This document shows, piece after piece, positions 30,066-40,454 of a stretch of 64,000 bases of DNA. The position numbers and the translations under genes were made by a program. Under the pieces are notes generated by a model that had not been told where the DNA came from, searched no databases, and saw only the letters and a list, made by a program, of their open reading frames with translations. Positions within the stretch are counted from its first letter, which is position 1; the number at the start of each line of letters is the position of its first letter. Origin of the DNA: Patescibacteria group bacterium (GTDB taxonomy: Bacteria > Patescibacteriota > Patescibacteriia > JBAZBY01). The stretch is taken from assembly GCA_041671225.1 (NCBI GenBank), contig JBAZBY010000001.1:897130-961129 (forward strand). The letters run 5' to 3'.

Positions 30066-32072
30066 CTATTTTATTTTCGAATATCTATAGACAAAAACCT
30101 TGCCATCGCCGGATTGATACAGTAATTGCTTGTCGTCTCTATGATTCAGCAAGTAGTGATAAATACCGTTGTACGAATCAGTAAGATTTGCGTAATAGGC
30201 AAGGTGCGGGTAATCGATAAAAATGAGATCTTTCTCCTCAAGTTCAGGAATGGTGAACTTCACGCCTTTATTCACATAATCTTTTGTTGGATCACTTAAC
30301 CGCATGATAGGAGCGGTGATGTCGTATTTTGCAATATAAAAATCATAGATTGATCTGCTCAGGATAACAGAATTTGTTGTCAGGTTTTCCTTAATTATTT
30401 TGAAATAGGCATCATGATTATAATTCCATCGATCCAGATTAAATATCCTGCTGGTATGACTGATTGGACATGACAAAGCAGCATTACTTTGACAAACGCC
30501 AAAAACAGCCAAGGGCGTAATCAAAAGAACAAAGAGCGCGCTCAATAATACACCAAAGCTTAGTGTCCGTATTTGTGGAACGGAAATATGCTGGGCTATC
30601 ATCGAAACCAAAACATACAACGAGTAAACAATAGTAAGAATATAAAAAGGATAAATAAAAATCATGTACCGTGGATCACCAAAAAGTGATCCATTAAAAA
30701 CGAAGACATACAACGGCACTACGGAAAAAAATGCCGCGTATGAAAGCTTTATCAAAGAAGGCACCTTCTTATAGAAAAAAAGCGGAAACAGAAAAAGCGG
30801 TACGGTAAGATACCCGCCAGACAAATAGGAGAAGGTATAATCCAAGAACCTCCAGTAAACATCCCCCTTCATATTGCCATACCACGAACCGATGAATGAC
30901 ACGCCCATGAAATACAAAATGAACAAGGATGCGATGCCAGAGATAATGAGTACTATGGGATAAAACAATTGCCGGTGCCGTTTAAGGTGGAAAATAAAAT
31001 ACAAAAGAATGATGGGTAAAAAAAGAATGCCCGTATAATGTGTCTGGATATCGATAAACCAAACGAAGAGTAACCCCCCAAACGCAAGATAATTCTTTTT
31101 TATAAAATGGATAAAATAGCGAATGGTGGTTTTAAGATCAACATAGGAGGTCATGACGTCGGACTCGATTTTGCTAAACAGCCAAACAAATAAAAGTACG
31201 GAAAGAAAAAAAAGGAACAGATGGAGCGAATACATTCGAGCAACTCGTGAGTAATAGACAAATAAATAAAAACTACTGAGTGAGAAGAGGCTAAGTAATT
31301 GTAACGTCTTTGAAAAATATCTTCGCACCAATAAATAAAAAACAAAAAGAAATAAGATGCCGGCAATGACCGAGAACAGCCGTAAATTATAGTAACTCAT
31401 GTAGTCACCGCCGAGCAATCGTGTAGTCAAAGCGGCTCCCAGGGAGTACGGAAGCGCTCGACTGTAAAAATCTTCGCTTGCCGAACTATCCGCTCCATAT
31501 TGAAGATCACTCATTGAGATGCCGTGATCAAGGATATACTGCACAGCGATTTGGCTCAGAAATTCATCGTTCTGAAGCGGCAGTATGTCTACATTATTTA
31601 CTCTAATGAAAAACGCATTAACAAGAATAAAAAGAAAAATCACAGAAAAGACAATCCCCTCCTTATAACCCCAGCGCATGAGCCCCCCCAGAATGGGAAT
31701 TGTAGTAAGTCGTGGCCACGAACGATTGAAAGATTGCCCTCGCTTTTTCTGCGCTGCGACTTCGGATTCTTTTTTTTGAGAAATCTTTTCTGCTTGCGCG
31801 GACCAATCCACTACGGTCGGATCTTTTACATGATTAAGCAACAGCGCTCCTCCAATCGGCACGAGTAAAATAAGGTTGTACCAATCCAAAAAAAATAAGG
31901 TACTTGTATAATACCCGCCAACTTTAAAAGACACCCAAAAAATAGTCGCAGCAATGACAATAAACCACATTACTACATTTTGTAATGGACGATCTTTTTT
32001 GTGTGGCTGATACTCAAAATTATCGGTCAGTGATATTTTCATCATCTCGTATAGACTCTCAAGAGTATACAT
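30066..32072 (-). CDS. GT-C fold membrane glycosyltransferase (start uncertain)
   Basis: 'QNDE' motif, 'YSRVARMYS', 'DPRYM' and many TM segments. Confidence 0.75.
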   Translation of the reverse strand: MYTLESLYEMMKISLTDNFEYQPHKKDRPLQNVVMWFIVIAATIFWVSFKVGGYYTSTLFFLDWYNLILLVPIGGALLLNHVKDPTVVDWSAQAEKISQKKESEVAAQKKRGQSFNRSWPRLTTIPILGGLMRWGYKEGIVFSVIFLFILVNAFFIRVNNVDILPLQNDEFLSQIAVQYILDHGISMSDLQYGADSSASEDFYSRALPYSLGAALTTRLLGGDYMSYYNLRLFSVIAGILFLFVFYLLVRRYFSKTLQLLSLFSLSSFYLFVYYSRVARMYSLHLFLFFLSVLLFVWLFSKIESDVMTSYVDLKTTIRYFIHFIKKNYLAFGGLLFVWFIDIQTHYTGILFLPIILLYFIFHLKRHRQLFYPIVLIISGIASLFILYFMGVSFIGSWYGNMKGDVYWRFLDYTFSYLSGGYLTVPLFLFPLFFYKKVPSLIKLSYAAFFSVVPLYVFVFNGSLFGDPRYMIFIYPFYILTIVYSLYVLVSMIAQHISVPQIRTLSFGVLLSALFVLLITPLAVFGVCQSNAALSCPISHTSRIFNLDRWNYNHDAYFKIIKENLTTNSVILSRSIYDFYIAKYDITAPIMRLSDPTKDYVNKGVKFTIPELEEKDLIFIDYPHLAYYANLTDSYNGIYHYLLNHRDDKQLLYQSGDGKVFVYRYSKIK

Positions 32073-32123
32073 TTTGTGGGGAAAAAAGTAAAATATCTGG
32101 CCAAAAGATTTCTTTCTGGTTTT

Positions 32124-32152
32124 TTGACGTGCACCTACGCTTCGACTATAAT
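32124..32152 (+). promoter_or_regulatory. sigma70-type promoter
   Basis: TTGACG (32124-32129), 17 nt, TATAAT (32147-32152). Confidence 0.75.
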
Positions 32153-32182
32153 TTGATTGGTTCCATAATCATTACAAGGCTC

Positions 32183-33202
32183 GTGCAATCAAAAAAAATT
32201 ATCTTTATTTTCCCGACATTCAACGGGCCATACGGAGGTGAGCGGCATTGTCTTCGCTTAGCCGATGAGCTTACTCGTCAAGGAAATGAGGTAGAGATTT
32301 GGACGCATTACTTCAATGTATCGTGCCGACCGCTGCTCAGCGCAAACGTCAAACTAAAAACAATGACATGGGGGCTACCAAGAATCCATAGTCTCGCTGT
32401 TATTGCAGCACTGTTTCGAATGCCGCGCTTGGCTCATCTCTTAAAGCAACGCAAGAATATAGCCGATGCTTTGATTGTTGCCATGGGTTGGCAATCGGCA
32501 TATGCGCTAACGTCATTACAGGATACCGGTGCGCGATTGGTATATTACTGTCTTGAGCCACCGCGATTTTTATATGACCTAAAAAAGATGGGCTCTCTCA
32601 CAACCCGATTATCCAACTACATTGTCAGTCCAATGATACGACGGATTGATCTAAGAAGTGTCCGCGCAATAAAAACAATATTCACCAATAGTCCCGAAAC
32701 ACAAACGGCAATTACGTCCATATATGGTCGTGAGAGTCAGGTTGTCTATCCGGGGATCGAAAAGGATCGGTTCAAGAAATACACAAAGTCGCAGGCAAAA
32801 GAAAAGCTCGGTTTAGCGCCGAATACCAGGCTCTATTTATCAGCAGGCAAGCTACACCGCCGCAAACGCATAGACGCCGCAATTGATTATTTCCTTACGC
32901 AGCCACAGGGAACGCTTTACATCATAGGCGATGGTCCGGATCGGAATAGACTTGTTTCATATGCCAAGGAAAAAGACCGATCGGGGCAACGTATTCGCTT
33001 TCTCGGTCAATGCTCGGATGACGTTGTTGCGTTGCATTTTCAGGCAGCCGATTACTTTGTCTTCATGGCAAAGGATGAACCTTTTGGATTGGTCATCGCA
33101 GAGGCTAAAGCGGCTGGCTGTCACATTGTTCCTCATGATATTCATCGTCCGTCTCTTTCATGGAGCGAATCAGCACAAACGTTTATGACAGCACTCATAT
33201 GA
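32183..33202 (+). CDS. GT4 glycosyltransferase
   Basis: GGER, VYPGI, GKLHRRKR and EPFGLVIAEA motifs. GTG 32183 lies downstream of the promoter. Confidence 0.85.
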   Translation: MQSKKIIFIFPTFNGPYGGERHCLRLADELTRQGNEVEIWTHYFNVSCRPLLSANVKLKTMTWGLPRIHSLAVIAALFRMPRLAHLLKQRKNIADALIVAMGWQSAYALTSLQDTGARLVYYCLEPPRFLYDLKKMGSLTTRLSNYIVSPMIRRIDLRSVRAIKTIFTNSPETQTAITSIYGRESQVVYPGIEKDRFKKYTKSQAKEKLGLAPNTRLYLSAGKLHRRKRIDAAIDYFLTQPQGTLYIIGDGPDRNRLVSYAKEKDRSGQRIRFLGQCSDDVVALHFQAADYFVFMAKDEPFGLVIAEAKAAGCHIVPHDIHRPSLSWSESAQTFMTALI

Positions 33203-34026
33203 CACCGCCTAAGGTCTCAATCATTATTGCTACCTACAACAGTTCTGCGATTATAGCTAAAACCCTGGATAGCATCTTCCAGCAAACCTACACTCCATTC
33301 GAAATCATTGCCGTTGATGATGCTTCGACCGACGACACACCAGCACTGCTGCAATCATATGTCGTTCGTTATCCGCATATTTTTCGTTACTTTCAAAATG
33401 AAAAAAATATCGGTGCCGCTCGGACCTATCATCGACTCCTCACGCTTGCGAATGGCAAATATGTGAATAATCTCAACCATGACGATTATTTTCAGGATAA
33501 GAATAAACTGGCGTCACAAGTTGCCTTTTTGGAATCACGCCCCGAATATGTACTGATCGGTACCTGGGCCACATTGCTCTTCCCGGATGGATCACACTTC
33601 CAACGACGTTCAAAGACAACCGATCAGGACTTGCGGCGTTCGCTCTATGGGGGCACCAATCCCTTCGTACACTCTACGGTGCTTTTTCGTCGTGAGACGG
33701 CTTTGGCGGTTGGTGGCTATTCACTGCAATATGCAAAAAGCAATACTGAAGACCTCGATTTGTGGCTGGCACTCGGAACATGCGGCAAAATGGCATGCTT
33801 AAATTCACCTACAACCGCGTATACTATTTCAGAAAATGCTATTTCCTCCCATCGACGCTGGCAGCAAGCCATTGATGTCATTAAGGTGCTTCACCGATAC
33901 CACACGAACTATACGCAGTCCTTTACTTGGTACCCTTGGCAAATAGCAAAAATCGCCGCTCGTCAGATACTTTCTGCACTGTTTCCAAGGACTTTTATCA
34001 TGAAGCTAAAATACAGAAACAAATGA
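33199..34026 (+). CDS. GT2 glycosyltransferase
   Basis: VSIIIATYN, DDASTD, NHDD, HSTVLFR and EDLDLW motifs; ATGA overlap. Confidence 0.88.
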   Translation: MTPPKVSIIIATYNSSAIIAKTLDSIFQQTYTPFEIIAVDDASTDDTPALLQSYVVRYPHIFRYFQNEKNIGAARTYHRLLTLANGKYVNNLNHDDYFQDKNKLASQVAFLESRPEYVLIGTWATLLFPDGSHFQRRSKTTDQDLRRSLYGGTNPFVHSTVLFRRETALAVGGYSLQYAKSNTEDLDLWLALGTCGKMACLNSPTTAYTISENAISSHRRWQQAIDVIKVLHRYHTNYTQSFTWYPWQIAKIAARQILSALFPRTFIMKLKYRNK

Positions 34027-35477
34027 ACAAGCCGACGCTTTTCCGCGGTATATTCTTGTTAACCACGGCGAACGCTATTTTCCTCGGTTCGGGTTATGTC
34101 ATCCAGGTGCTTCTTGGGCGATACTTCTCACCGGAAGTTTACGGGCTTTTTGGCGTCCTTATTTACATCGTCAATATCCTGAACACGATTTTTGCTTCAG
34201 GTTTTCTGGAAGGCATCTCTCGCAGCGTCGCCCGCAAACCGGAATCGGCAAATACGATTTTGCGTCATGGATTGCTTATAGAACTGCTTCTCTCGGGTGG
34301 TATTGGGTTGGTTTATTTTCTCTTTTCTCCATTGCTGGCGCACATTTTTAACCAGCCGGAAATTACAAAATACATCGCTTTCTCTGCGCTACTGATACCT
34401 ATCTATGGCTTACGGAGCGTCTACTTAGGACTGCTCAACGGCTTAAAAGAATTCACCGCTCAGTCATTGGCTATTATTTTTGCCGCGATCGTAAAAATAG
34501 GCTTAGTGGCATTGTTCGTATACCAAGGGCATGGCCTTGTCGCCATTCTCATTGCATATTTTTGCGCCGCGCTTGGTTCGTTGCTTGTGGGATATCTTTA
34601 TACCAGAGTGCACCGCCAATCGAATGAACCATCCTCCTTTAAAAATCTCGGCACCCTCGCGTTAACGTTGTCACTCTATGCCTCGCTCCTTCCTCTCCTG
34701 TCAAATATTGACCTCCTCTTCGTCAAATCAATCATAACCGACACAGCAGCGGCGGGATATTATAATGCGGCAACGACACTGGCGCGGTTTCCCCAATTTT
34801 TACTTGGAAGCTTTGGCGCCGCATTATTACCCTTTATTGCGAGCGACTATCATGCAGGACGCATTGATCGTTCGCGATTTATTGTCCAGCACGTTCTCAA
34901 ATATAGCATCCTTCTTCTCGTGCCCATCATTATTATTTCTGTCTTTAGCGGCGACCAACTCATCCAATTAATTTATACTGATGCATACGCCCCAGCTATT
35001 CATCCTTTTATGATCCTCATTTTTGCCCTTTGTCTTCTCTCTGTGGTGCAAATACTATTAACGACGCTTATAGGAATCGGTTCTGAACGATCGGTGGTGA
35101 CCATCGTCCTATGGGCCATCGCCGTTGATGTTGTCGCACTCATAGTGGGCGTGAATTATTTCGGACTTGTCGGCGCCGCATGGTCAACGCTCTTGGCTGC
35201 ATTATTTGTATTCATACTTTCATTTCCCCTGCTGCGCAAGAATCTCCAGTGGCATACATTTCCAAAAGTACCCATTCTCAAATTGATACTGCTTACGGGC
35301 GTCTTGTCAATTGTCGCCCAGTATCTCTTTGAAAACCCATTAAATCATGCACTCCTGCTTCTCACCTATGCCTTCTTTCTTGTAGGATATGTAGTACTGC
35401 TTTTATTATCAAAAATTATCACACTGCGTGAAGTAACTTCCATCAAATCTATTCTCTTCAGATCCGATATCTCATGA
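34023..35477 (+). CDS. Wzx-type flippase
   Basis: Many TM segments, 'PEVYGLF', 'AGYYNAA' and 'FGLVGAAWST'. ATG 34023. Confidence 0.85.
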   Translation: MNKPTLFRGIFLLTTANAIFLGSGYVIQVLLGRYFSPEVYGLFGVLIYIVNILNTIFASGFLEGISRSVARKPESANTILRHGLLIELLLSGGIGLVYFLFSPLLAHIFNQPEITKYIAFSALLIPIYGLRSVYLGLLNGLKEFTAQSLAIIFAAIVKIGLVALFVYQGHGLVAILIAYFCAALGSLLVGYLYTRVHRQSNEPSSFKNLGTLALTLSLYASLLPLLSNIDLLFVKSIITDTAAAGYYNAATTLARFPQFLLGSFGAALLPFIASDYHAGRIDRSRFIVQHVLKYSILLLVPIIIISVFSGDQLIQLIYTDAYAPAIHPFMILIFALCLLSVVQILLTTLIGIGSERSVVTIVLWAIAVDVVALIVGVNYFGLVGAAWSTLLAALFVFILSFPLLRKNLQWHTFPKVPILKLILLTGVLSIVAQYLFENPLNHALLLLTYAFFLVGYVVLLLLSKIITLREVTSIKSILFRSDIS

Positions 35478-38400
35478 CAACACCATCTCTAAAAAATATT
35501 GTCGCAATCACGGTATTTTTTTTGCTTTTAACCGTCTTTTTCACGTATCCCGTCGTGACAACAATCACCAAGTCTGTTGCCGGCTCTGGTGGGGATGTAT
35601 TTATCACCTTATCCGGGATCAACCGTGAAACAGCCGAACTAAGGGACGGTAACTTATGGATAACACTCACGCAAAGATTTGCCGCACTTGAATTCTCGCC
35701 GTTAGGCATCTATACCTATTTGAATCTCTTCCTTAAGCTGCCACTTGCATACAATCTCTACTGGCTTTTTTCGTATGTTGCCGGCGGTCTAGGCATGTTT
35801 CTTCTGACATTCTATGTGTTGAGCAAGGATTTTGAAATTTCTGTTAACAACAACCGGCGCCTCATCACTATCGCGAGTATACTTGCGGGATGTATCTATA
35901 CGTTTAACCCTGCGCACATCACATGGTCAGTAGGATTTAGTGGCGGAACACACACCGAATGGATACCGTTTGCCACATATTTTTTGCTCCTCCTCTTCGA
36001 TCGTCCGAAACTTCGGTATTTCATTGGTTTTGGTATCTCCGCAATACTCCTGCTTCAAGGAGATTACCATTTCTCCTTTTTCTACTTACTATTCCTCATT
36101 CCGCTTATTCTACATCTCCTCAAAGGACGGCCCGCGCTACTGCGCAACAAAGTATTTTGGCGCTACATGATCGCCGCCGGCATTATCTGCATCACGGTAC
36201 TTCTTCTTGTTTTTACTCCCTTCCTTAAAAAGGCATTTTCCGAAAATAATACCCTTGCTCCAGGACTAGAGCAAGTGGTCACATACTCCACGGACTTCAT
36301 CTCGATCATTCTGCCATCTGACCTACATTCCTTCTTCGGAGATCACTTCAATGCAATCCGCAATTTTCTCACGGGTAATACTGCGGAACGGTCAACGTTC
36401 CTTGGTTTCACCGTCATCGCCTTCATTATTTTTGGTTTCACTCTTTTTAGAAGAAAACGGCCGCAGCACTTCCTTTTCTGGGCATATACGGGAATCATCG
36501 GATTTATTCTTGCACTTGGTCCTTTCTTGCATATTGGCGGGGTCTTTGAGCCCAGAGTGCCATTACCCTATCTCCTCCTCTACCGCTATCTGCCATTTGT
36601 TGATTACATTCGTGCCGTTGACCGTATTTGGGTGATACCCCTCATGGCTTTCTCACTTATTGCTGCATATGGAATATATTATTTCTTGAGCCACTGGCGA
36701 AAACAGACCATTACTATTTTCTTCATGGCACTCGTGTCACTGGGCATGATAAGTTTTGAATATATCACTATCCCTTTCCCAACGACATCTGTTGACTTTT
36801 CACCATATTATAACTTCATTGCTTCTGATCCTGATCCATCGGCAAAAGTCATCGATCTACCATCACCAACCAATTATGATGCCGAGGGTAAATCTCGCTA
36901 TTATCAAACGATACACCAAAAAGAACGAATTAGCGGAAATAATATCGCGAGAGAAAATATAAAGGACCTTAGCTTCGCTACATATACGCCGGTACTCTCA
37001 GATATCCTGTATACCTTTCCAAATGGGGATACACATCCGGAAGATATTATCTCTCAAGATAACGGTGCAATTGGCAACATCATTTTCAATCTTCATAATA
37101 TCCGGTATATCACGGTCCAGAAAGAATTCATCGGTGAGGGAGATAATGAAATTTCACCAGAAAGCTTCATCCGGCTTGATAACTACATTACCCAGAATCT
37201 TGACATCGAACAAGAGTACCAGGATGAGCAAATCTATGCGTACAAAATTAAAAAGGAAGTCCCTGCCTCAATTGTGTATCTCCAGCTTGGCGAGGGTTGG
37301 GAGGATCTCTCATCCGACCAGTCACGCTCCTTTAAGGATTCTGCAACGTTGAAAATCGTCAATACATATGACACGCCGCAACCACTGACGATCCAATTCG
37401 ATGCAAAAACAGGCTTCAATTCCGTTAAACGATTTTCTGCTTTATACAATGATGTTGTGCTTAAAACAAATCTCGCCTACCAACAACCACAAACATACTC
37501 CGTAAGCGTTCCAAGCGTTCCAAGCGGCACGAGCACTATGACGCTCCACCTTGATGATACCCCGCCAAACGATGCACAAATACAATCAGGGCTTATCATC
37601 AGTGATATTTCCTACCATATCGCTGATCCGTCGCCGATACCGGAAGAGCTCGCGTCCCTGCCAAACAAAGACGGTCATCTTCTTGTCGTCTCACCCCACT
37701 ACCCGGACTTCGGCCCAGGACTGCAGGAGGTCGGACACAAAGAGATCAACGGCCTGCACATCCTCACCATTGCAGATCTGATCACAAAAGATAAAAATGG
37801 ACACGCCCTTGTGGCCCACTGGCTTCCGCTTTTCAGTGAACTGACAAACGGCCGCCGTGATAATTATAGCGACTTCCAATCATTTCTGGATTTTCGAGAT
37901 CCATCATCATACCAAAAAGAGATCGAGCGGTTTGCGAATGAATATCAGATACACACGATCGCGATTGACCGTACCCTGCTCGACCAACAGGCACAGAATA
38001 CTCTTGTGGACTTCATACGACGCTATCTGCCTGTGACAGGAGGGAAAAAGAATGGAGATAACTACATCATTCTTTACATCGGCGACGTCCCAGCAAACAC
38101 GGCGCTTTCCATCAAACCTGGATCCGGCTGGGAGGTGGCGCGGCGGGATTCCGACGGCACGACCAGTCGCTATACAAATCAAAGCGCGGACATGAATCTG
38201 TATCTCTGGAATCAAGGTTCTGCGGAACTCTCATTCAATGCCTGGACCTGCGAACAAGCAAATCGATTCGTGGCAGTATTCCTCGATGGTGCATGGATCC
38301 AAAACATTCAGCTTGATCAAGCAACACGGCAATCATTCTCTCTCCACTTGGGTGATACACTTCTTGCTGGAATACATACTATACGGTTTATTCCCTACGG

Positions 38401-38485
38401 TGAGGATATGCAACCATTAAATAACCAATCACAAGCCTGCGGCATGTGGATGAGTAATGTTACCGCAAGAGAGTTAGTAGAATAA
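35474..38485 (+). CDS. Large YfhO/GT-C-like membrane protein with extracellular C-terminal domains
   Basis: Multi-TM N-terminal half (FTYP, YTFNP.H, LALGP, IRAVDR), followed by soluble domains. Confidence 0.7.
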   Translation: MTTPSLKNIVAITVFFLLLTVFFTYPVVTTITKSVAGSGGDVFITLSGINRETAELRDGNLWITLTQRFAALEFSPLGIYTYLNLFLKLPLAYNLYWLFSYVAGGLGMFLLTFYVLSKDFEISVNNNRRLITIASILAGCIYTFNPAHITWSVGFSGGTHTEWIPFATYFLLLLFDRPKLRYFIGFGISAILLLQGDYHFSFFYLLFLIPLILHLLKGRPALLRNKVFWRYMIAAGIICITVLLLVFTPFLKKAFSENNTLAPGLEQVVTYSTDFISIILPSDLHSFFGDHFNAIRNFLTGNTAERSTFLGFTVIAFIIFGFTLFRRKRPQHFLFWAYTGIIGFILALGPFLHIGGVFEPRVPLPYLLLYRYLPFVDYIRAVDRIWVIPLMAFSLIAAYGIYYFLSHWRKQTITIFFMALVSLGMISFEYITIPFPTTSVDFSPYYNFIASDPDPSAKVIDLPSPTNYDAEGKSRYYQTIHQKERISGNNIARENIKDLSFATYTPVLSDILYTFPNGDTHPEDIISQDNGAIGNIIFNLHNIRYITVQKEFIGEGDNEISPESFIRLDNYITQNLDIEQEYQDEQIYAYKIKKEVPASIVYLQLGEGWEDLSSDQSRSFKDSATLKIVNTYDTPQPLTIQFDAKTGFNSVKRFSALYNDVVLKTNLAYQQPQTYSVSVPSVPSGTSTMTLHLDDTPPNDAQIQSGLIISDISYHIADPSPIPEELASLPNKDGHLLVVSPHYPDFGPGLQEVGHKEINGLHILTIADLITKDKNGHALVAHWLPLFSELTNGRRDNYSDFQSFLDFRDPSSYQKEIERFANEYQIHTIAIDRTLLDQQAQNTLVDFIRRYLPVTGGKKNGDNYIILYIGDVPANTALSIKPGSGWEVARRDSDGTTSRYTNQSADMNLYLWNQGSAELSFNAWTCEQANRFVAVFLDGAWIQNIQLDQATRQSFSLHLGDTLLAGIHTIRFIPYGEDMQPLNNQSQACGMWMSNVTARELVE

Positions 38486-38486
38486 C

Positions 38487-40454
38487 CTATTCTGTTGTTA
38501 GCGAATTGCGGATGGAAAAAATCACAGGGGCATTTAGCGCCGAAGTGTCCGTAAGATGATACACACCCCACTCTTGTTCGACCGTGCTGATGGTAAGCGG
38601 CGGATTCTGCTGCAGCGACCATGCGATAAAATTCACATCAAGCTGCTCATGCTCGTTGAGATAGGTATTCAGGTTTGTGGTGCTTTCAAGTTCCGGATAT
38701 GAGAAGGTAACCGTGCGTTCATAGGTGAGTGCCGCGTCAGGAATGCCGAGAAAATACGTTTCCGGCTGCGTGCTCACCACATACATGTCATCATGGCTCG
38801 CAAACAGCGCATCCAGTTTTTCCGGCGTCAGGTTATCAAGATTCGGTAACACGTCAATATCATAGACATAGTGCAACGCATATGCCCATTGCTGCCATCC
38901 CCATCCCGGTTCCATCAGCACTAATGCACGGTCAGGAAAAGATGCGGCAAACTCTTCCAACGGGGCACGCACCCCTTCATGATCTTGATACGTCACCAAC
39001 GGATAAAAAATCATCACCTGCACAAGTACAAGAACACCAATCACTCCCCATTGAATGAAATGTGAACGCTTCAAGAGATCCACCAGGCCAATACTACCGG
39101 CAAGATACAGAAAAGGAATGAAAACCGGGTAATACCGTCGCATATACCACGGCTGATCCAAAGCAATTAACGGATCCCAGACAAAAAACAATGCCGGGGA
39201 AAGAAAAAATACTACCCAGAATAGGCGGCTATGAAAACTTCCTCGCACGTAGCCAATCAACGCGAGAACTGCAAACGGAAGAAGAAAATATGGTACAAAA
39301 CTCTGGAGAACGTAATGGCTTTTCAGTATACTCCAAGAAATCTCATTTTGACCTGGAAGCCACCAAAAGAGCAAAAACAATTCAAAAGCGATAAGAACAA
39401 AAATAAATAACTTTGCGGTCTTACGTGCTGCAATATGATAGCGTTGTAGAAGTGTTGCGCCCACAAAAAAAAGAAAGAGTGCCACGATGCCCACACCGAG
39501 GAGTGGCAACCATGTTGAGGATGTCACAAGATGACCATAGGAATCTTGCAGATAATCAGCGCCATAGAAGGCCGTATAACGCCATAACAACACTCCAGAA
39601 GCAGCAAGCGGGAGAAGCCACAATAATGCCGGTGCATAAAATGAAAAGTCCTTCCTGCGTACATACGCAAGAAGTAACGCTGCCACAGCATATGCCCCAA
39701 GGTACAACACGCCTTCAATCCGCGTAAGAAGACCGACTGCGAGTGGTAATGTACCCAGAAGCAGCCATGTTCCTGAACGCTCACGATATGCGCGCAGTAA
39801 CGCATACGCCGCTGTCCATATTAAAAAAATGAAAAGGTTCTCGGAAAGTGTCCGCCTTGGAATCCAAAAAAATAAGTATGATGACGCAAAGAAAACCATA
39901 AAACTGGCGCCAACAATCCGAGAATGTGCCTCAACGCCAACCATATACAATACGAGCAGAGTAAGAAAAATCAATATACCATTCACCGCTGCGCCGGCAT
40001 CAATTCCTCCAAAGTGCATTCCTGCAGCTAAGACTGCGGTGTATCCCGGCAAGAACTGTGAGGTATACTCATCTGGGGCTATTTCACGATACGGATGAAA
40101 CGGCGCGGAGAGTGGATCAATAAAAGAAAGTGATCCTGATTCGGTAAGCTGTACTGCTGCGGTCAAAATACCCATGTCATCGCGGCCACGTGGGAGATCG
40201 TGCTGATACAATGCTGTAAATAGTGCGAGTGCTGCGGCAAAAATAAGTGCCACAATATCCCAACGAACGTGATATATATGCTTGTGCTGTGTAGCAAAAA
40301 AACGAACCCACAATGCCCACCCAATAACGCCCGCACTGAGAATACCAAGTACCACATGCGGACTAAAGAAACCAAAAACTGCCGCACCAATGAGTGTGAG
40401 TAGCAGTAAAGATACGAGAAAAAAGAGCCCCGCTATTGCTTGAAATACTCTCAT
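38487..40454 (-). CDS. GT-C fold membrane glycosyltransferase-like protein
   Basis: 'GRDD' motif, 'SQFLPGY', 'RRTLSEN', 'LTRIEG' and 'WYMRRY'; many TM segments. Confidence 0.7.
   Translation of the reverse strand: MRVFQAIAGLFFLVSLLLLTLIGAAVFGFFSPHVVLGILSAGVIGWALWVRFFATQHKHIYHVRWDIVALIFAAALALFTALYQHDLPRGRDDMGILTAAVQLTESGSLSFIDPLSAPFHPYREIAPDEYTSQFLPGYTAVLAAGMHFGGIDAGAAVNGILIFLTLLVLYMVGVEAHSRIVGASFMVFFASSYLFFWIPRRTLSENLFIFLIWTAAYALLRAYRERSGTWLLLGTLPLAVGLLTRIEGVLYLGAYAVAALLLAYVRRKDFSFYAPALLWLLPLAASGVLLWRYTAFYGADYLQDSYGHLVTSSTWLPLLGVGIVALFLFFVGATLLQRYHIAARKTAKLFIFVLIAFELFLLFWWLPGQNEISWSILKSHYVLQSFVPYFLLPFAVLALIGYVRGSFHSRLFWVVFFLSPALFFVWDPLIALDQPWYMRRYYPVFIPFLYLAGSIGLVDLLKRSHFIQWGVIGVLVLVQVMIFYPLVTYQDHEGVRAPLEEFAASFPDRALVLMEPGWGWQQWAYALHYVYDIDVLPNLDNLTPEKLDALFASHDDMYVVSTQPETYFLGIPDAALTYERTVTFSYPELESTTNLNTYLNEHEQLDVNFIAWSLQQNPPLTISTVEQEWGVYHLTDTSALNAPVIFSIRNSLTTE

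Noticed and set aside
31985-32182. N-terminal extension of the GT4 ORF
   Set aside because: It overlaps the divergent gene and contains a near-consensus promoter (32124-32152); GTG 32183 is the better start.
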